Assembly: GCA_964016885.1 (NCBI GenBank)
Contig: OZ024751.1
Coordinates: 36,704,001-36,768,000 of the forward strand
Origin: Eledone cirrhosa
Taxonomy: Eukaryota
Direction of reading: 5' to 3'
Length of the DNA stretch: 64,000 bases
In this document: one piece after another, positions 28,330-44,971 of the stretch
Position numbering within the stretch: the stretch's first letter is position 1
Layout of the letters: every line of letters begins with the position of its first letter
Notes under the pieces: model-generated
Databases searched by the model: none
Told to the model about the DNA's origin: nothing
Seen by the model: the letters and a program-made list of their open reading frames with translations, nothing else
Position numbers and translations under genes: made by a program

Positions 28330-28535
28330 CTGGCTGATTGTACTTCTGCGGGTACTTTCAGATACGTCTGTGATAAAATTTGCTCCGGACATAACAGACG
28401 AGTCTGAAAGAATCCGCAGAAGTAGAATCAGCCAGATCCATACAAGGCCAATGACTGGAGCTACATGCAGGCGAAAGATTTATAACACGAAAGTCCAGAT
28501 AAGTCCAAATGCATCACTGATTTTTCGTTTTTTTG
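28330..28535 (+). mobile_element. Older element with decayed hammerhead and 45-bp 5' inverted arm
   Basis: Arms 28330-28374 and 28391-28435; cgagt-CTGAAAGA...GC-GAAA-gattta-TA-acacg at 28399-28489; homologous to 7751-7896. Confidence 0.65.
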
Positions 28536-28750
28536 ATAATTCCTACACTCTACTCTGATGAATATCGAGTGCTAATTTTGGCATACCGCCTACGGAAGCA
28601 CCATAGCTACCAATATACACTAATATATATATATACTGTATATATATATATATCTATATCCAAAATTAAGATAAATTAAATGAATTTAATCTAAATCAAA
28701 ATTATGGGTGTCATGCCAGAAAGGCATGCGCCATATCACCCGGATATATA

Positions 28751-28812
<62 letters not shown>

Positions 28813-29250
28813 AAATGGGGAGAAGAATACTGCAGGTTGCACATGGATAACATGTTATAAAATGAGTCCCTCATCAGTGATTTGCCAACGATCATAGATA
28901 TTTCATTGCATTAAAAATCATATACTTCACGTTGGTCCAATAATAACCAAATTAAGTTATTAGGACAATTAAACCGCGTAAAGCGAGTGAGACAAGTAAA
29001 CAACAAAGAGGAAAGCTAACCGTAGATAGGAAGGGCACATAAATTTTAGTACACCATTAACGAAGCTCTAGTTCGCGGCCAAGCTAACGAATGCAAATTC
29101 GGTCTGTAGCTTTAGCACTCGGATGGGGAAAAAGTACCCCAGAGTAATAACAATACGTTTAGACAGCTTAGCAAATCAAATATAGCGATCGGCAGTCCAG
29201 CCGCATCATTAGAGCAACGAAAATACAGGACTCAGGAAAAGATTTTATAT

Positions 29251-29352
29251 ATAGGAAAATGTTTAACCCCCGACGGCAGAGCTCTACTACCCTAAGTATT
29301 GAGTACTCTGGTGCGTTATGGTCCATCTGGTTCCTTACCACTCTTCCTTCGT

Positions 29353-29354
<2 letters not shown>
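29251..29354 (+). mobile_element. Palindrome-plus-tail element, copy 5 (hairpin deleted)
   Basis: Left arm is joined to the tail through ctct microhomology. Confidence 0.85.
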
Positions 29355-29433
<79 letters not shown>

Positions 29434-29435
<2 letters not shown>

Positions 29436-29522
29436 CTGTTTCTACTTTTTGGCACAAGGCCAGCAATTATTCCAGTGTATTACTGGTACTTTATTTTAAC
29501 GACCCCGTAAGGATGAAAGGCA

Positions 29523-29523
<1 letters not shown>
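29434..29523 (-). mobile_element. Family-1 SINE, 3' half
   Basis: Reverse complement of the tail and body. Confidence 0.85.
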
Positions 29524-29569
<46 letters not shown>

Positions 29570-29667
29570 GCAAATTCAATATAGAAATTTTCTATATTAA
29601 ATTTGTTGTTTACACTCTGCTAATGTATTGAGTACCTTACTACCTGTAGTTACCCCCGATTGAACCC

Positions 29668-29755
<88 letters not shown>

Positions 29756-30204
29756 CATATGTCTGTGTGTGTGTGTGTGTGTGAATATTAACGTATGTAT
29801 ATGAAAAATACTAATGACTTTTCTCCTTATTACAATTATAATTCTCTTTGATTAAAAATTATTTTCGGCTCACCACCTTAATTAAGTATGGTAGCCTACA
29901 CTTAACTATGTGTTAATCAGGCAGAAGGCACCCTTGGGAAATTTTCCAATTTTCTCATTATGTGATAGTAAGTTTGACTCATCTGTGTGTATATGTGAAT
30001 GTGTGTGTGTATGTTTGTGTGTGTGTGTATATGTCTATATGTGTGTGTGTGTGTATCTGTGTGTGCATATGTCTATGTGTGTGTGTGTACGGGTTTGTGT
30101 GTCTGTGTGTGCGCGTGTCTGTGTGCATGTGTTTGTATTTAGGAAGAGGGCGATATAGATGGATGGATAGATAGATAGATAAATTGATTCATATATATAT
30201 ATAC

Positions 30205-30289
<85 letters not shown>

Positions 30290-30356
30290 TTCATAGATAG
30301 ATAGATATAGAGATGTATATAGAGAGAAAGAGAGCTCTCGAAACAGGGAGAGACTG

Positions 30357-30537
30357 TGGCAGTATCGGTAGAGGGTCGGACGCCATGCTTTGACGCATAG
30401 AGTTACGGCCCTTGCCATTCTGAGTTCAAATCCCGCCAAGGTTAACTTTGCCTTTCATCCTTACGGGGTCGATAAAATAAAGTACCAGTAATGCACTGAG
30501 TAATTGCTGGCTTTGTGCCTAACGTAGAAACAATTAT
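30357..30537 (+). mobile_element. Family-1 SINE flanked by a long direct duplication
   Basis: Near-identical to 3665-3845; flanks 30191-30356 and 30538-30640 are duplicates. Confidence 0.92.
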
Positions 30538-30921
30538 ATATATATACATAGAGAGAGAGAGAGAAATGGATTCATAGATAGATAGATATAGAGATGTATA
30601 TATATAGAGAAAGAGAGCTCTCGAGACAGGGAGAGGCTGATATTATATATATATATATATACATGGCTATATATTCTAGTGTGTGTGTATTGTATATTAA
30701 TGAGGCGTGTTGGCAGATTGGTTAAAGTGTTCGATACGAAGTAATCATTTCCCCTGGTTATCTTTGTTCTGTGATCAAGTCAGCTAGACGGGAAAATTGT
30801 GTGTAAGAGATTTGTATATGTATGTGTGTGTATATATGTGTGTGTAGCTTTGAGAATGCGTGTGCGTGTGTGAGTATGCATATATGTAAATTAGTGCATG
30901 GATATGACAGTGCACTTAGTG

Positions 30922-30966
<45 letters not shown>

Positions 30967-31385
30967 GTATATATATATATATATATGGATATGTGAGTGT
31001 GTGTGTGTGTGTGTATGAGTGTGTGCGTGTGTGTTTATACAGCTGCAATCTTGACTATGTTTTAATTAATAAATAAGTGTTTTAAATATTTCTTTATTCC
31101 TCCCCCTCTCTCTCACTAACTCTTTGTCTTTCTTTATATCCCTCTCCCCGCATCTTTCCTACTCTCTCTCTCTCACTCTACAAATGTATAGACACACATA
31201 CATATACATACATGTGTACGGGTTGCACATACATATATCTATATATAAATTTCATATATATATACACACACAGTCACACACAAATATGTATATATGTGTG
31301 TGTGTGTATGTGTGTATGTGTGCGTCTGTGTGTGTGTACACATACACACACACACACACACAACAGATGCAATATATATATATCA

Positions 31386-31649
<264 letters not shown>

Positions 31650-31655
31650 CATATA

Positions 31656-31733
<78 letters not shown>

Positions 31734-31835
31734 ATGAAAGAAGGCACATGATAAATTGTCAAATAATAGGGGACAAAATTCTATCCATAAAAACTACGGA
31801 TGGAGGGGTGAATACAAATTGATAAAATAATCAAA

Positions 31836-31867
<32 letters not shown>

Positions 31868-31888
31868 TGTGTGGGGGGGTGTATGCGT

Positions 31889-31931
<43 letters not shown>

Positions 31932-31944
31932 TGTGTATGTGTGT

Positions 31945-32013
<69 letters not shown>

Positions 32014-32245
32014 CACATCCGCCTGTTCCGTTCTTCCGTTACGACAATGTTGCATCTGATGACAAACAATCAACATATGAAGAACCATCGTCATAGCAAC
32101 ACTAGCCGCAATCACGTGATCCTGACGTTCCACCAGGTAATTAACCAGGTATATTTCACCGTTCTTACCTGCTCAGGTAAACTAGATAGTCCGTCATAAA
32201 TATCAAACGGATATTTGCTATAGTTACATAAGATCACTAGACAAA

Positions 32246-32294
<49 letters not shown>

Positions 32295-32949
32295 ACTTAC
32301 CTTCTGAGGTGAACATCTACTTACATATACACACATATATAGATACATACATACACACAGATACACACACATATATACACACATACACAAATGCACAGAT
32401 ACACACACATATATACACACATACACAAATGCGCAGATACACACACATATATACACACATACACAAATGCACAGATACACACATACACATATACACAGAC
32501 ACACACACACACATATGCACAGATACAAACAGATACATAAATAAACACACACACATATACACACATACGCAGATACACACTCACACACATATATATATAC
32601 ACATATGCATATACATATACACATACAGACGTGTGTATATCACACACACAATTACTCTATCATACATATACATAAATAGATATACAATCAAAACTACTGA
32701 ATTAACATATATACATATATTAAACACACATATGAATATACACACACATACATACATATATATATACATACATATATACATACATACGTACATATATATA
32801 CATACATACGTACATACATACATATATACATACATATACACATACATACGTACATATATATACATACGTACGTACACACACACATACGTAGACACGTTTC
32901 TCTTTCTTTCTCTCTCTATCTCACTCTCTCTCTATCTCTCTCTCTCTCC

Positions 32950-32980
<31 letters not shown>

Positions 32981-33197
32981 TTACCATCTTTCTTTCTTTT
33001 CCTCTATCTATGGAGAAAGAGAAGGAGGGGCTGTATGTATGTGACAAGTGTTCCGTCAGGACATTCATAATTTATCACTTCCTGTTGTGTGTGTGAACAT
33101 GTGAGTTTGTGTGTGTGAATGTGTGTGTTTGTGTGTGTATTTGTGTTGTTACATAAGAGACACTATTCAACACACACACACACAGGTATATATATAT

Positions 33198-33355
33198 AAT
33201 TTCAGAAGATCCCGTTAAGAGTGAAAGCAGCGATTCTTTGCTTAAACTTTAATCTGTAATTTTAATAAATATTTGCTCTACGGTTCTCATATATTTGATA
33301 TATATTTATCCTTATCGAGCACTCTTTGGATTTTAGTCTTCACATTTATTATTAT

Positions 33356-33360
<5 letters not shown>
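33198..33360 (+). mobile_element. TA-embedded element beginning with a variant hammerhead-like fold (CAGAAGA core)
   Basis: ttt-CAGAAGA-tcccgttaagagt-GAA-AGCA gcgattctt TGCT-T-aaac, then a tail shared with the copies at 18198 and 50435. Confidence 0.7.
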
Positions 33361-33410
<50 letters not shown>

Positions 33411-33439
33411 GCAGACAGTATTATTGATTTAGGTGTCGC

Positions 33440-33704
33440 AGAAACCCTGTATTGGATTATACCATCATTTCCAAGGGGTCCGGGTAAATTTTTCTTTCAT
33501 ATTTTGTTTGACTCGTTTAGCTTGCCTTGTCTTTTTGGCTTAGGTGGTTGATAGCTTCTTAACCGCCGTCTCAGTTTGTATGACCTTTATAACATATGTT
33601 TATTGCTCTGGTCTCTTTTGGTCCATGGAGCGCTTGCCACACAAATCGGAAATTGAGTTACTTATTTCTACCCGCCGAAATACGATTCTTTCTGAATTTA
33701 TATT

Positions 33705-33745
<41 letters not shown>

Positions 33746-34280
33746 CTGAATATGTTACCAGTAGTGTTTTTCAATCTAAGGCTTATAGTACTTCCAGCTC
33801 TTTTAGTATCTCAATCTCTTTTTTAAAATGGCCTCTATCGTCTCTGTCAATTGATGATTAAGTAATTTAGTTGAGTACCATAACTGTCTTTGATGTTTAA
33901 ACACGTCACAGCTAGACATCATCTTTCGTGCATTTACAGCTATTACTAAACAAGTTTTCTGGATCTACATCCATGTCTCGTGTATAATATATTCCAGAAT
34001 GGCTTAGTGGTAAGGTCTGGATTTATCGGATGGCCGTGGAAGCAAATGTCCAAGCCTTTCCCATACTCTCCAGTGTCTAAAGCTGTCCCTTGTTGTGGAA
34101 AAGGTTCGTTTCATAATCAACCACAACGTCCCAGGTCCAATGTCACTGTGTAGTATATCGGACAAGTTTCGTATTTCCACAGCTTCAAGAGTTTCCTTGT
34201 GGGTTCCGGGTTCCTCAGACCATTTAATATGTTGGATATTGTTGGATACAGCATTGAGGGCCGGGAACTGAAATCAGCTT
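33440..34280 (-). pseudogene. Highly degenerate non-LTR retrotransposon remnant, possibly R4/Dong-like
   Basis: Broken translations such as SIDRDDRGHFKKEIEILKELEV and TLESMGKAWTF only loosely recall the REL-endonuclease region; many stops. Confidence 0.3.
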
Positions 34281-34402
34281 AGAGAAATGTCAGAGGGACT
34301 CTGAAGAGACAAAAAGACACACACGCACACAGATATGTGTGTGTCTGTATCTTTGTGTGTGTGTGTGTGCGTGCGTGTGTGCGTGTGTGTGTGGGGGGTG
34401 GT

Positions 34403-34437
<35 letters not shown>

Positions 34438-35127
34438 CGTGCGTGTGTGTGGGGGGGGTATGTGTGTGTGTGTGTGTGTGTGCGTGCGTGTGTGTGTATG
34501 CTTATATCTATGGATGTCTATACTTTTGTGTTTGTATCTCAGGAGCAAGGTGTGGAAAGATCAAAAATCAAAGTAGGACACGATGTATATATGTAAACAC
34601 ACAAACAACACACACACACACACACGCACGCAAACACACACACACACTCACACACACACACAAAAAGACATACACACACACGCAAACACACACATACATG
34701 CACGCACATATATGTATCTTTTTTCGTCAAAATCCTTCAATTCGAGCTCACAATATACAAACCGTATTAGAATATTTATATCAAATTAGAAATTTAGTGA
34801 AGTGAAGAATCAGTGGTAGCATTCATTATAATCTGGCTGATATGGCGGGAAGAATATATAACAATATGGCGACTGTGAATTCGGCGGTCACCTATAGAAA
34901 CTAGTTTTGCCTGTAGCGTTGTGTAAGCTGTTTGACGAGATTTAACAATGTATATTATATTGAATGCTGTAGACGTTGCTAAGACCTATAGACAGACAAA
35001 TCAGATATCTTGCGTTCTAAAGAATTGTCTTCGGTCTTCGCATGTTGTTACTGTGACTTATATAAACGGATTTCCAGTGTCAATAGCAATTAGCCAGTGG
35101 TCTCGTTATATATATATACACACACAT

Positions 35128-35170
<43 letters not shown>

Positions 35171-35286
35171 GATACACCCACCCATACACACACACATATA
35201 TATATATGTATATGTACACATAGATGTGTGTATATATACCTCTGAATATTCATATATATATATATATGTGTGTGTGTGTGTATGTG

Positions 35287-35317
<31 letters not shown>

Positions 35318-35392
35318 ATATATATGTATGTGTATATATATGTGTGTATGTGTATACATATATATGTGTGTATGTATATATATATATGTGTG

Positions 35393-35458
<66 letters not shown>

Positions 35459-35527
35459 CACACACATGTATATATATATATATTTATGTATTTATATACA
35501 TACATGCATACACACACCAACACACGT

Positions 35528-35602
<75 letters not shown>

Positions 35603-35607
35603 TATAC

Positions 35608-35638
<31 letters not shown>

Positions 35639-35643
35639 TACAT

Positions 35644-35685
<42 letters not shown>

Positions 35686-35864
35686 TACCATGCTGTCTGT
35701 TACTGTAATGAATACAATTAGGAGAGAGAAATAAGGAAAACATTGGGGAAGAGATTGACACTCATTCAGTTAGAATTGAAAGAACCTGTCACATGTCAGA
35801 CTAGTCGATCGCTAATTGGTTAATTTTAGTTACGTGCTCAACTACAACAGATACCACCACAGAT

Positions 35865-35892
35865 ACTACTAATACTACTACTACTACTAACA

Positions 35893-35952
<60 letters not shown>

Positions 35953-35958
35953 TATTAT

Positions 35959-36042
<84 letters not shown>

Positions 36043-36370
36043 ATTTCTTGACCTTTTTATCTAATTACGTCTTTAACAACTAAAATATGTGGTCGACAAC
36101 CTCAACACCACCACAACAACAACTACAAATACAACACCACCACCATCACCAACAACTACAACAACAACATCACTACCATCAACAACTACAACAACAATAT
36201 AAACATCATTACCAACAACTAGGAAACAATAACAACAATTGTACCATTACAACCAATATTAACATACACCCTAACAACAACAGCAATAACAACTACTACA
36301 ACAACAGCTACAACAACTACTACAACAGCAACAATAACAACTACAACAACTACTACAACAACAACAATAA
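35865..36370. repeat. (CTA)n and (CAA)n-rich simple repeats
   Basis: Direct reading. Confidence 0.93.
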
Positions 36371-36429
36371 CATAGCTTATATACTTTTTATCAAATTATA
36401 TCGTTAACAACTAAAAGATGTGGTCAGTT

Positions 36430-39400
36430 ACAACAACAACACTACCAACACCAACACCAACACCAACACTACCAACAACAACAACACTACCAACACCAAC
36501 ACCAACACTACCAACAACAACAACACTACCAACACCAACACCAACAATACCAACAACACCAACACTACCAGCACCAACACTACCAACACCAACACCAACA
36601 CTACCAACAACACCAACACTACCAACACCAACACCAACACTACCAACACCAACACCAACACTACCAACAACACCAACACTACCAACAACAACAACACTAC
36701 CAACAACACCAACACTACCAACACCAACACCAACACTACCAACACCAACACCAACACTACCAACAACACCAACACTACCAACAACAACAACACTACCAAC
36801 AACACCAACACTACCAACACCAACACCAACACTACCAACACCACCAACACTACCAACAACACCAACACTACCAACACCAACACTACCAACACCAACACCA
36901 ACACTACCAACAACAACAACACTACCAACAACACCAACACTACCAACACCAACACCAACACTACCAACAACACCAACACTACCAACAACAACAACACTAC
37001 CAACAACACCAACACTACCAACACCAACACCAACACCACCAACACTACCAACAACAACAACACTACCAACAACACCAACGCTACCAACAACACCAACACT
37101 ACCAACAACAACAACACTACCAACAACACCAACGCCAAGACCAACACTACCAACAACACCAACACTACCAACAACACCAACACCAACACCAACACTACCA
37201 ACAACACCAACACTACCAACAACACCAACACTACCAACAACACCAACACCAACACCAACACCAACACTACCAACAACACCAACACTACCAACAACACCAA
37301 CACTACCAACAACACCAACACTACCAACAACACCAACACTACCAACAACACCAACACCAACACCAACACTACCAACAACACCAACACTACCAACAACACC
37401 AACACCAACACCAACACCAACACTACCAACAACACCAACACTACCAACAACAACAACACTACCAACAACACCAACACTACCAACAACACCAACACTACCA
37501 ACACCACCAACACTACCAACAACAACAACACTACCAACAACACCAACGCCAAGACCAACACTACCAACAACACCAACACTACCAACAACACCAACACCAA
37601 CACCAACACTACCAACAACAACAACACTACCAACAACACCAACACCAACACCAACACCAACACTACCAACAACACCAACACTACCAACAACAACAACACT
37701 ACCAACAACACCAACACTACCAACACCACCAACACTACCAACAACACCAACACTACCAACAACAACAACACTACCAACAACACCAACGCCAAGACCAACA
37801 CTACCAACAACACCAACACTACCAACAACACCAACACCAACACCAACACTACCAACAACACCAACACTACCAACAACACCAACACTACCAACAACACCAA
37901 CACCAACACCAACACCAACACTACCAACAACACCAACACTACCAACAACACCAACACTACCAACAACACCAACACTACCAACAACACCAACACTACCAAC
38001 AACACCAACACTACCAACAACACCAACACCAACACCAACACTACCAACAACACCAACACTACCAACAACACCAACACCAACACCAACACCAACACTACCA
38101 ACAACACCAACGCTACCAACAACACCAACACTACCAACAACAACAACACTACCAACAACACCAACGCCAACACCAACACTACCAACAACAACAACACTAC
38201 CAACAACACCAACACTACCAACAACACCAACACTACCAACAACAACAACACTACCAACAACACCAACACTACCAACACCACCAACACTACCAACAACAAC
38301 AACACTACCAACAACACCAACACTACCAACAACAACAACACTACCAACAACACCAACGCCAACACCAACACTACCAACAACAACAACACTACCAACAACA
38401 CCAACGCCAACACCAACACTACCAACAACACCAACACTACCAACACCACCAACACTACCAACAACAACAACACTACCAACAACACCAACACTACCAACAA
38501 CAACAACACTACCAACAACACCAACGCCAACACCAACACTACCAACAACACCAACACTACCAACAACACCAACACTACCAACAACACCAACACTACCAAC
38601 AACAACAACACTACCAACAACACCAACGCCAACACCAACACTACCAACAACAACAACACTACCAACAACACCAACACTACCAACACCAACACTACCAACA
38701 CCACCAACACTACCAACAACACCAACACCAACAACAACACCAACAACAACACCAACACCAACACCAACACCAACACTACCAACAACACCAACACTACCAA
38801 CAACAACAACACTACCAACAACACCAACACCAACAACAACACCAACAACAACACCAACACCAACACCAACACCAACACTACCAACAACAACAACACTACC
38901 AACAACACCAACACTACCAACAACACCAACACTACCAACACCACCAACACTACCAACAACAACAACACTACCAACAACACCAACACCAACAACAACACCA
39001 ACACCAACACCAACACTACCAACAACACCAACACTACCAACACCACCAACACTACCAACAACACCAACACTACCAACACCACCAACACTACCAACAACAA
39101 CAACACTACCAACAACACCAACACCAACAACAACACCAACAACAACACCAACACCAACACCAACACCAACACTACCAACAACACCAACACTACCAACAAC
39201 AACAACACTACCAACAACACCAACACCAACAACAACACCAACAACAACACCAACACCAACACCAACACCAACACTACCAACAACAACAACACTACCAACA
39301 ACACCAACACTACCAACAACACCAACACTACCAACACCACCAACACTACCAACAACAACAACACTACCAACAACACCAACACCAACAACAACACCAACAA

Positions 39401-42400
39401 CAACACCAACACCAACACCAACACCAACACTACCAACAACACCAACACTACCAACACCACCAACACTACCAACAACAACAACACTACCAACAACACCAAC
39501 ACCAACAACAACACCAACAACAACACCAACACCAACACCAACACCAACACTACCAACAACACCAACACTACCAACAACAACAATACTACCAACAACACCA
39601 ACGCTACCAACAACACCAACACTACCAACAACACCAACACTACCAACAACACCAACACTACCAACACCAACACTACCAACAACACCAACACTACCAACAC
39701 CAACACTACCAACACCAACACCAACACTACCAACAACACCAACACTACCAACACCAACACTACCAACAACACCAACACTACCAACAACACCAACACTACC
39801 AACAACAACAACACTACCAACACCAACACCAACACTACCAACAACACCAACACTACCAACACCAACACCAACACTACCAACACCAACACCAACACCACCA
39901 ACACTACCAACAACAACAACACTACCAACAACAACACTACCAACAACACCAACACCAACACCAACACTACCAACAACACCAACACCAACACCAACACTAC
40001 CAACAACACCAACACTACCAACACCAACACCAACACTACCAACACCAACACCAACACTACCAACAACAACAACACTACCAACAACACCAACACTACCAAC
40101 ACCAACACCAACACTACCAACACCACCAACACTACCAACAACACCAACACTACCAACAACACTACCAACAACAACAACACTACCAACAACACCAACACTA
40201 CCAACAACAACAACACTACCAACAACACCAACACTACCAACACCAACACCAACACTACCAACACCACCAACACTACCAACAACACCAACACTACCAACAA
40301 CACTACCAACAACAACAACACTACCAACAACACCAACACTACCAACACCAACACCAACACTACCAACACCACCAACACTACCAACAACACCAACACTACC
40401 AACAACACCAACACTACCAACAACAACAACACTACCAACACCAACACTACCAACACCAACACCAACACTACCAACAACACCAACACTACCAACAACAACA
40501 ACACTACCAACACCAACACTACCAACACCAACACCAACACTACCAACACCAACACCAACACTACCAACACCAACACCAACACCACCAATACTACCAACAA
40601 CAACAACACTACCGACAACACCAACACTACCAACACCAACACCAACACTACCAACACCACCAACACTACCAACAACACCAACACTACCAACAACACCAAC
40701 ACTACCAACAACAACAACACTACCAACACCAACACTACCAACAACAACAACACTACCAACAACACCAACACTACCAACACCAACACCAACACCAACACCA
40801 CCAACACTACCAACAACAACACCAACACTACCAACACCACCAACACTACCAACAACAACAACACTACCAACAACACCAACACTACCAACACCAACACTAC
40901 CAACAACAACAACACTACCAACAACACCAACACTACCAACACCAACACTACCAACACCAACACTACCAACAACAACAACACTACCAACAACAACAACACT
41001 ACCAACAACACCAACACTACCAACACCAACACTACCAACAACACCAACACTACCAACACTACCAACAACACCAACACTACCAACAACACCAACACTACCA
41101 ACACCAACACCAACACTACCAACAACACCAACACCAACACCAACACTACCAACAACACCAACACTACCAACACCAACACTACCAACAACACCAACAACAC
41201 CAACACCAACACCAACAACAACAACACTACCAACAACACCAACACTACCAACAACAACAACACTACCAACAACACCAACGCTACCAACAACACCAACACT
41301 ACCAACAACACCAACACTACCAACAACACCAACACTACCAACAACAACAACACTACCAACAACACCAACGCTACCAACAACACCAACACTACCAACAACA
41401 CCAACACTACCAACACCAACACCAACACTACCAACAACACCAACACCAACACCAACACTACCAACAACACCAACACTACCAACACCAACACTACCAACAA
41501 CACCAACAACACCAACACTACCAACACCAACACCAACACCAACACTACCAACAACACCAACACTACCAACACCAACACCAACACTACCAACACCAACACT
41601 ACCAACAACACCAACAACACCAACACTACCAACACCAACACCAACACCAACACTACCAACAACACCAACACTACCAACACCAACACCAACACTACCAACA
41701 CCAACACTACCAACAACACCAACACTACCCCCACCACCACCACACTCACCACGATCACAAGCAACAACACCAACAACACCAACACCAACAACAACACCAA
41801 CAACAACACCAACACCAACACCAACACCAACACTACCAACAACACCAACACTACCAACAACAACAATACTACCAACAACACCAACGCTACCAACAACACC
41901 AACACTACCAACAACACCAACACTACCAACAACACCAACACTACCAACACCAACACTACCAACAACACCAACACTACCAACACCAACACTACCAACACCA
42001 ACACCAACACTACCAACAACACCAACACTACCAACACCAACACCAACACCAACACCAACACTACCAACAACACCAACACTACCAACAACACCAACACTAC
42101 CAACACCAACACCAACACCAACACCAACACCAACACCAACACCAACACTACCAACAACAACAACACTACCAACACCAACACTACCAACAACACCAACACT
42201 ACCAACACCAACACTACCAACACCAACACCAACACTACCAACACCAACACCAACACTACCAACATCACCAACACTACCAACACCAACACCAACACTACCA
42301 ACACCAACACTACCAACACCAACACCAACACTACCAACACCAACACCAACACTACCAACATCACCAACACTACCAACACCAACACCAACACTACCAACAC

Positions 42401-43940
42401 CAACACCAACACCACCAACACTACCAACAACAACAACACTACCAACAACACCAACACTACCAACAACACCAACACCAACACCAACACTACCAACAACACC
42501 AACACTACCAACACCAACACCAACACTACCAACACCAACAACACTACCAACAACACCAACACTACCAACACCAACACCAACACTACCAACACCACCAACA
42601 CCACCAACACTACCAACAACACCAACACTACCAACAACAACAACACTACCAACACCAACACCAACACTACCAACACCAACACCAACAACACCAACACTAC
42701 CAACAACACCAACACCAACACCAACACTACCAACAACACCAACACTACCAACACCAACACCAACACTACCAACAACAACAACACTACCAACAACACCAAC
42801 ACTACCAACACCAACACCAACACTACCAACACCACCAACACCACCAACACTACCAACAACACCAACACTACCAACAACAACAACACTACCAACACCAACA
42901 CTACCAACACCAACACCAACACTACCAACACCAACACCAACACTACCAACACCAACACCAACACCACCAACACTACCAACAACAACAACACTACCAACAA
43001 CACCAACACTACCAACACCAACACCAACACTACCAACACCACCAACACTACCAACAACACCAACACTACCAACAACACCAACACTACCAACAACAACAAC
43101 ACTACCAACACCAACACTACCAACAACAACAACACTACCAACAACACCAACACTACCAACACCAACACCAACACCAACACCAACACTACCAACAACACCA
43201 ACACCAACACCAACACTACCAACAACACCAACACTACCAACACCAACACCAACAACAACAACACTACCAACAACACCAACACTACCAACAACAACAACAC
43301 TACCAACAACACCAACACTACCAACAACACCAACACTACCAACAACACCAACACTACCAACACCAACACTACCAACAACACCAACAACACCAACACCAAC
43401 ACCAACAACAACAACACTACCAACAACACCAACACTACCAACAACAACAACACTACCAACAACACCAACGCTACCAACAACACCAACACTACCAACACCA
43501 ACACCAACACTACCAACAACACCAACACTACCAACACCAACACTACCAACACCAACACTACCAACACTACCAACACCACCAACACTACCAACAACACCAA
43601 CACTACCAACACCAACACCAACACTACCAACAACACCAACACCAACACCAACACTACCAACAACACCAACACTACCAACACCAACACTACCAACAACACC
43701 AACAACACCAACACTACCAACACCAACACCAACACCAACACTACCAACAACACCAACACTACCAACACCAACACCAACACTACCAACACTACCAACACTA
43801 CCCCCACCACCACCACACTCACCACGATCACAAGCCTCCTCCATCACCACCACCATATCTACCACAACCAGCATCAGCACTCTCCCCATTTCCACCCCCA
43901 CCCCATCACCACCACCACCACACCACCCACAACAACAACA
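36430..43940. repeat. ~7.4-kb compound ACC/AAC/ACT triplet-phase satellite
   Basis: Built from CCAACA, CTA and ACA units with almost no G; internal duplication marked by ccccc...acgatcacaagc at 41728 and 43801. Confidence 0.97.
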
Positions 43941-44072
43941 TCAAAAACAACATTTATATCTAATTACGTGATTTACAAGTGAAATATCTGGTCAATGTTT
44001 TAAAACTGTTCCACGTCTTTAAGTCTGGTGGTTTTATTTTATATAATTTCATGACTTTTTATGTTACTATAG

Positions 44073-44971
44073 CCACATCTAATGAACATTCCTCTCTATA
44101 TTTTATTTGTTAAGCTTAGTTGAGCCATCAACGACCGATGGAATAGATGTGGTGATGTTGTGACCAGATGTCTACCAGATCTAATGTCTCCACCACATCA
44201 GATGTACGGTCCTCTCTATATTTTATTTGTTAAGCTTAGTTGAGCCATCAACGACCGATGGAATAGATGTGGTGCTGTTGTGACCAGATGTCTACCAGAT
44301 CTAATGTCTCCACCACATCAGATGTACGGTCCTCTCTATATTTTATTTGTTAAGCTTAGTTGAGCCATCAACGACCGATGGAATAGATGTGGTGCTGTTG
44401 TGACCAGATGTCTACCAGATCTAAAGTCTCCACCACATCTAATGAACATTCCTCTCTATATTTTATTTGTTAAGCTTAGTTGAGCCATCAACGACCGATG
44501 GAATAGATGTGGTGCTGTTGTGACCAGATGTCTACCAAATCTAATGTCTCCACCACATCTAATGAACATTCTTCTCTATATTTTATTTGTTAAGCTTAGT
44601 TGAGCCATCAACGACCGATGGAATAGATGTGGTGATGTTGTGACCAGATGTCTACCAGATCTAATGTCTCCACCACATCAGATGTACGGTCCTCTCTATA
44701 TTTTATTTGTTAAGCTTAGTTGAGCCATCAACGACCGATGGAATAGATGTGGTGTTGTTGTGACCAGATGTCTACCAGATCTAATGTCTCCACCACATCT
44801 AATGAACATTCCTCTCTATATTTTATTTGTTAAGTTTAGTTGAGCCATCAACGACCGATGGAATAGATGTGGTGATGTTGTGACCAGATGTCTACCAGAT
44901 CTAATGTCTCCACCACATCTAATGAACATTCCTCTCTATATTTTATTTGTTAAGTTTAGTTGAGCCATCAA
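44073..44971. repeat. 120-bp tandem repeat, ~7.5 copies
   Basis: Exact 120-bp period; two interleaved unit variants (ctaatgaacatt versus cagatgtacggt). Confidence 0.97.

Noticed and set aside
28550-28885. CTGATGA at 28555 (+) and ~28871 (-)
   Set aside because: No correctly placed GAAA, stem III or cleavage triplet
29066-29216. Possible decayed long-stem hammerhead (gctCTAATGAtgcggc...gccgcGAActagagc)
   Set aside because: Several core changes needed; could be a chance inverted repeat
32055-32100. CTGATGA as a hammerhead core
   Set aside because: No stem II followed by GAAA and no stem I partner
32012-32300. Possible exon (several GT donor-like sites on both strands)
   Set aside because: No convincing acceptor/donor pair or recognisable peptide
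34865-34912. Hairpin followed by GAAA-CTAG-TT
   Set aside because: Only the 3' half of a hammerhead; no adjacent CUGANGA
36411-43982. Four ORFs of ~2500 aa
   Set aside because: They arise from an ACC/AAC/ACT satellite lacking stop codons in several frames; no domain, signal peptide or codon diversity
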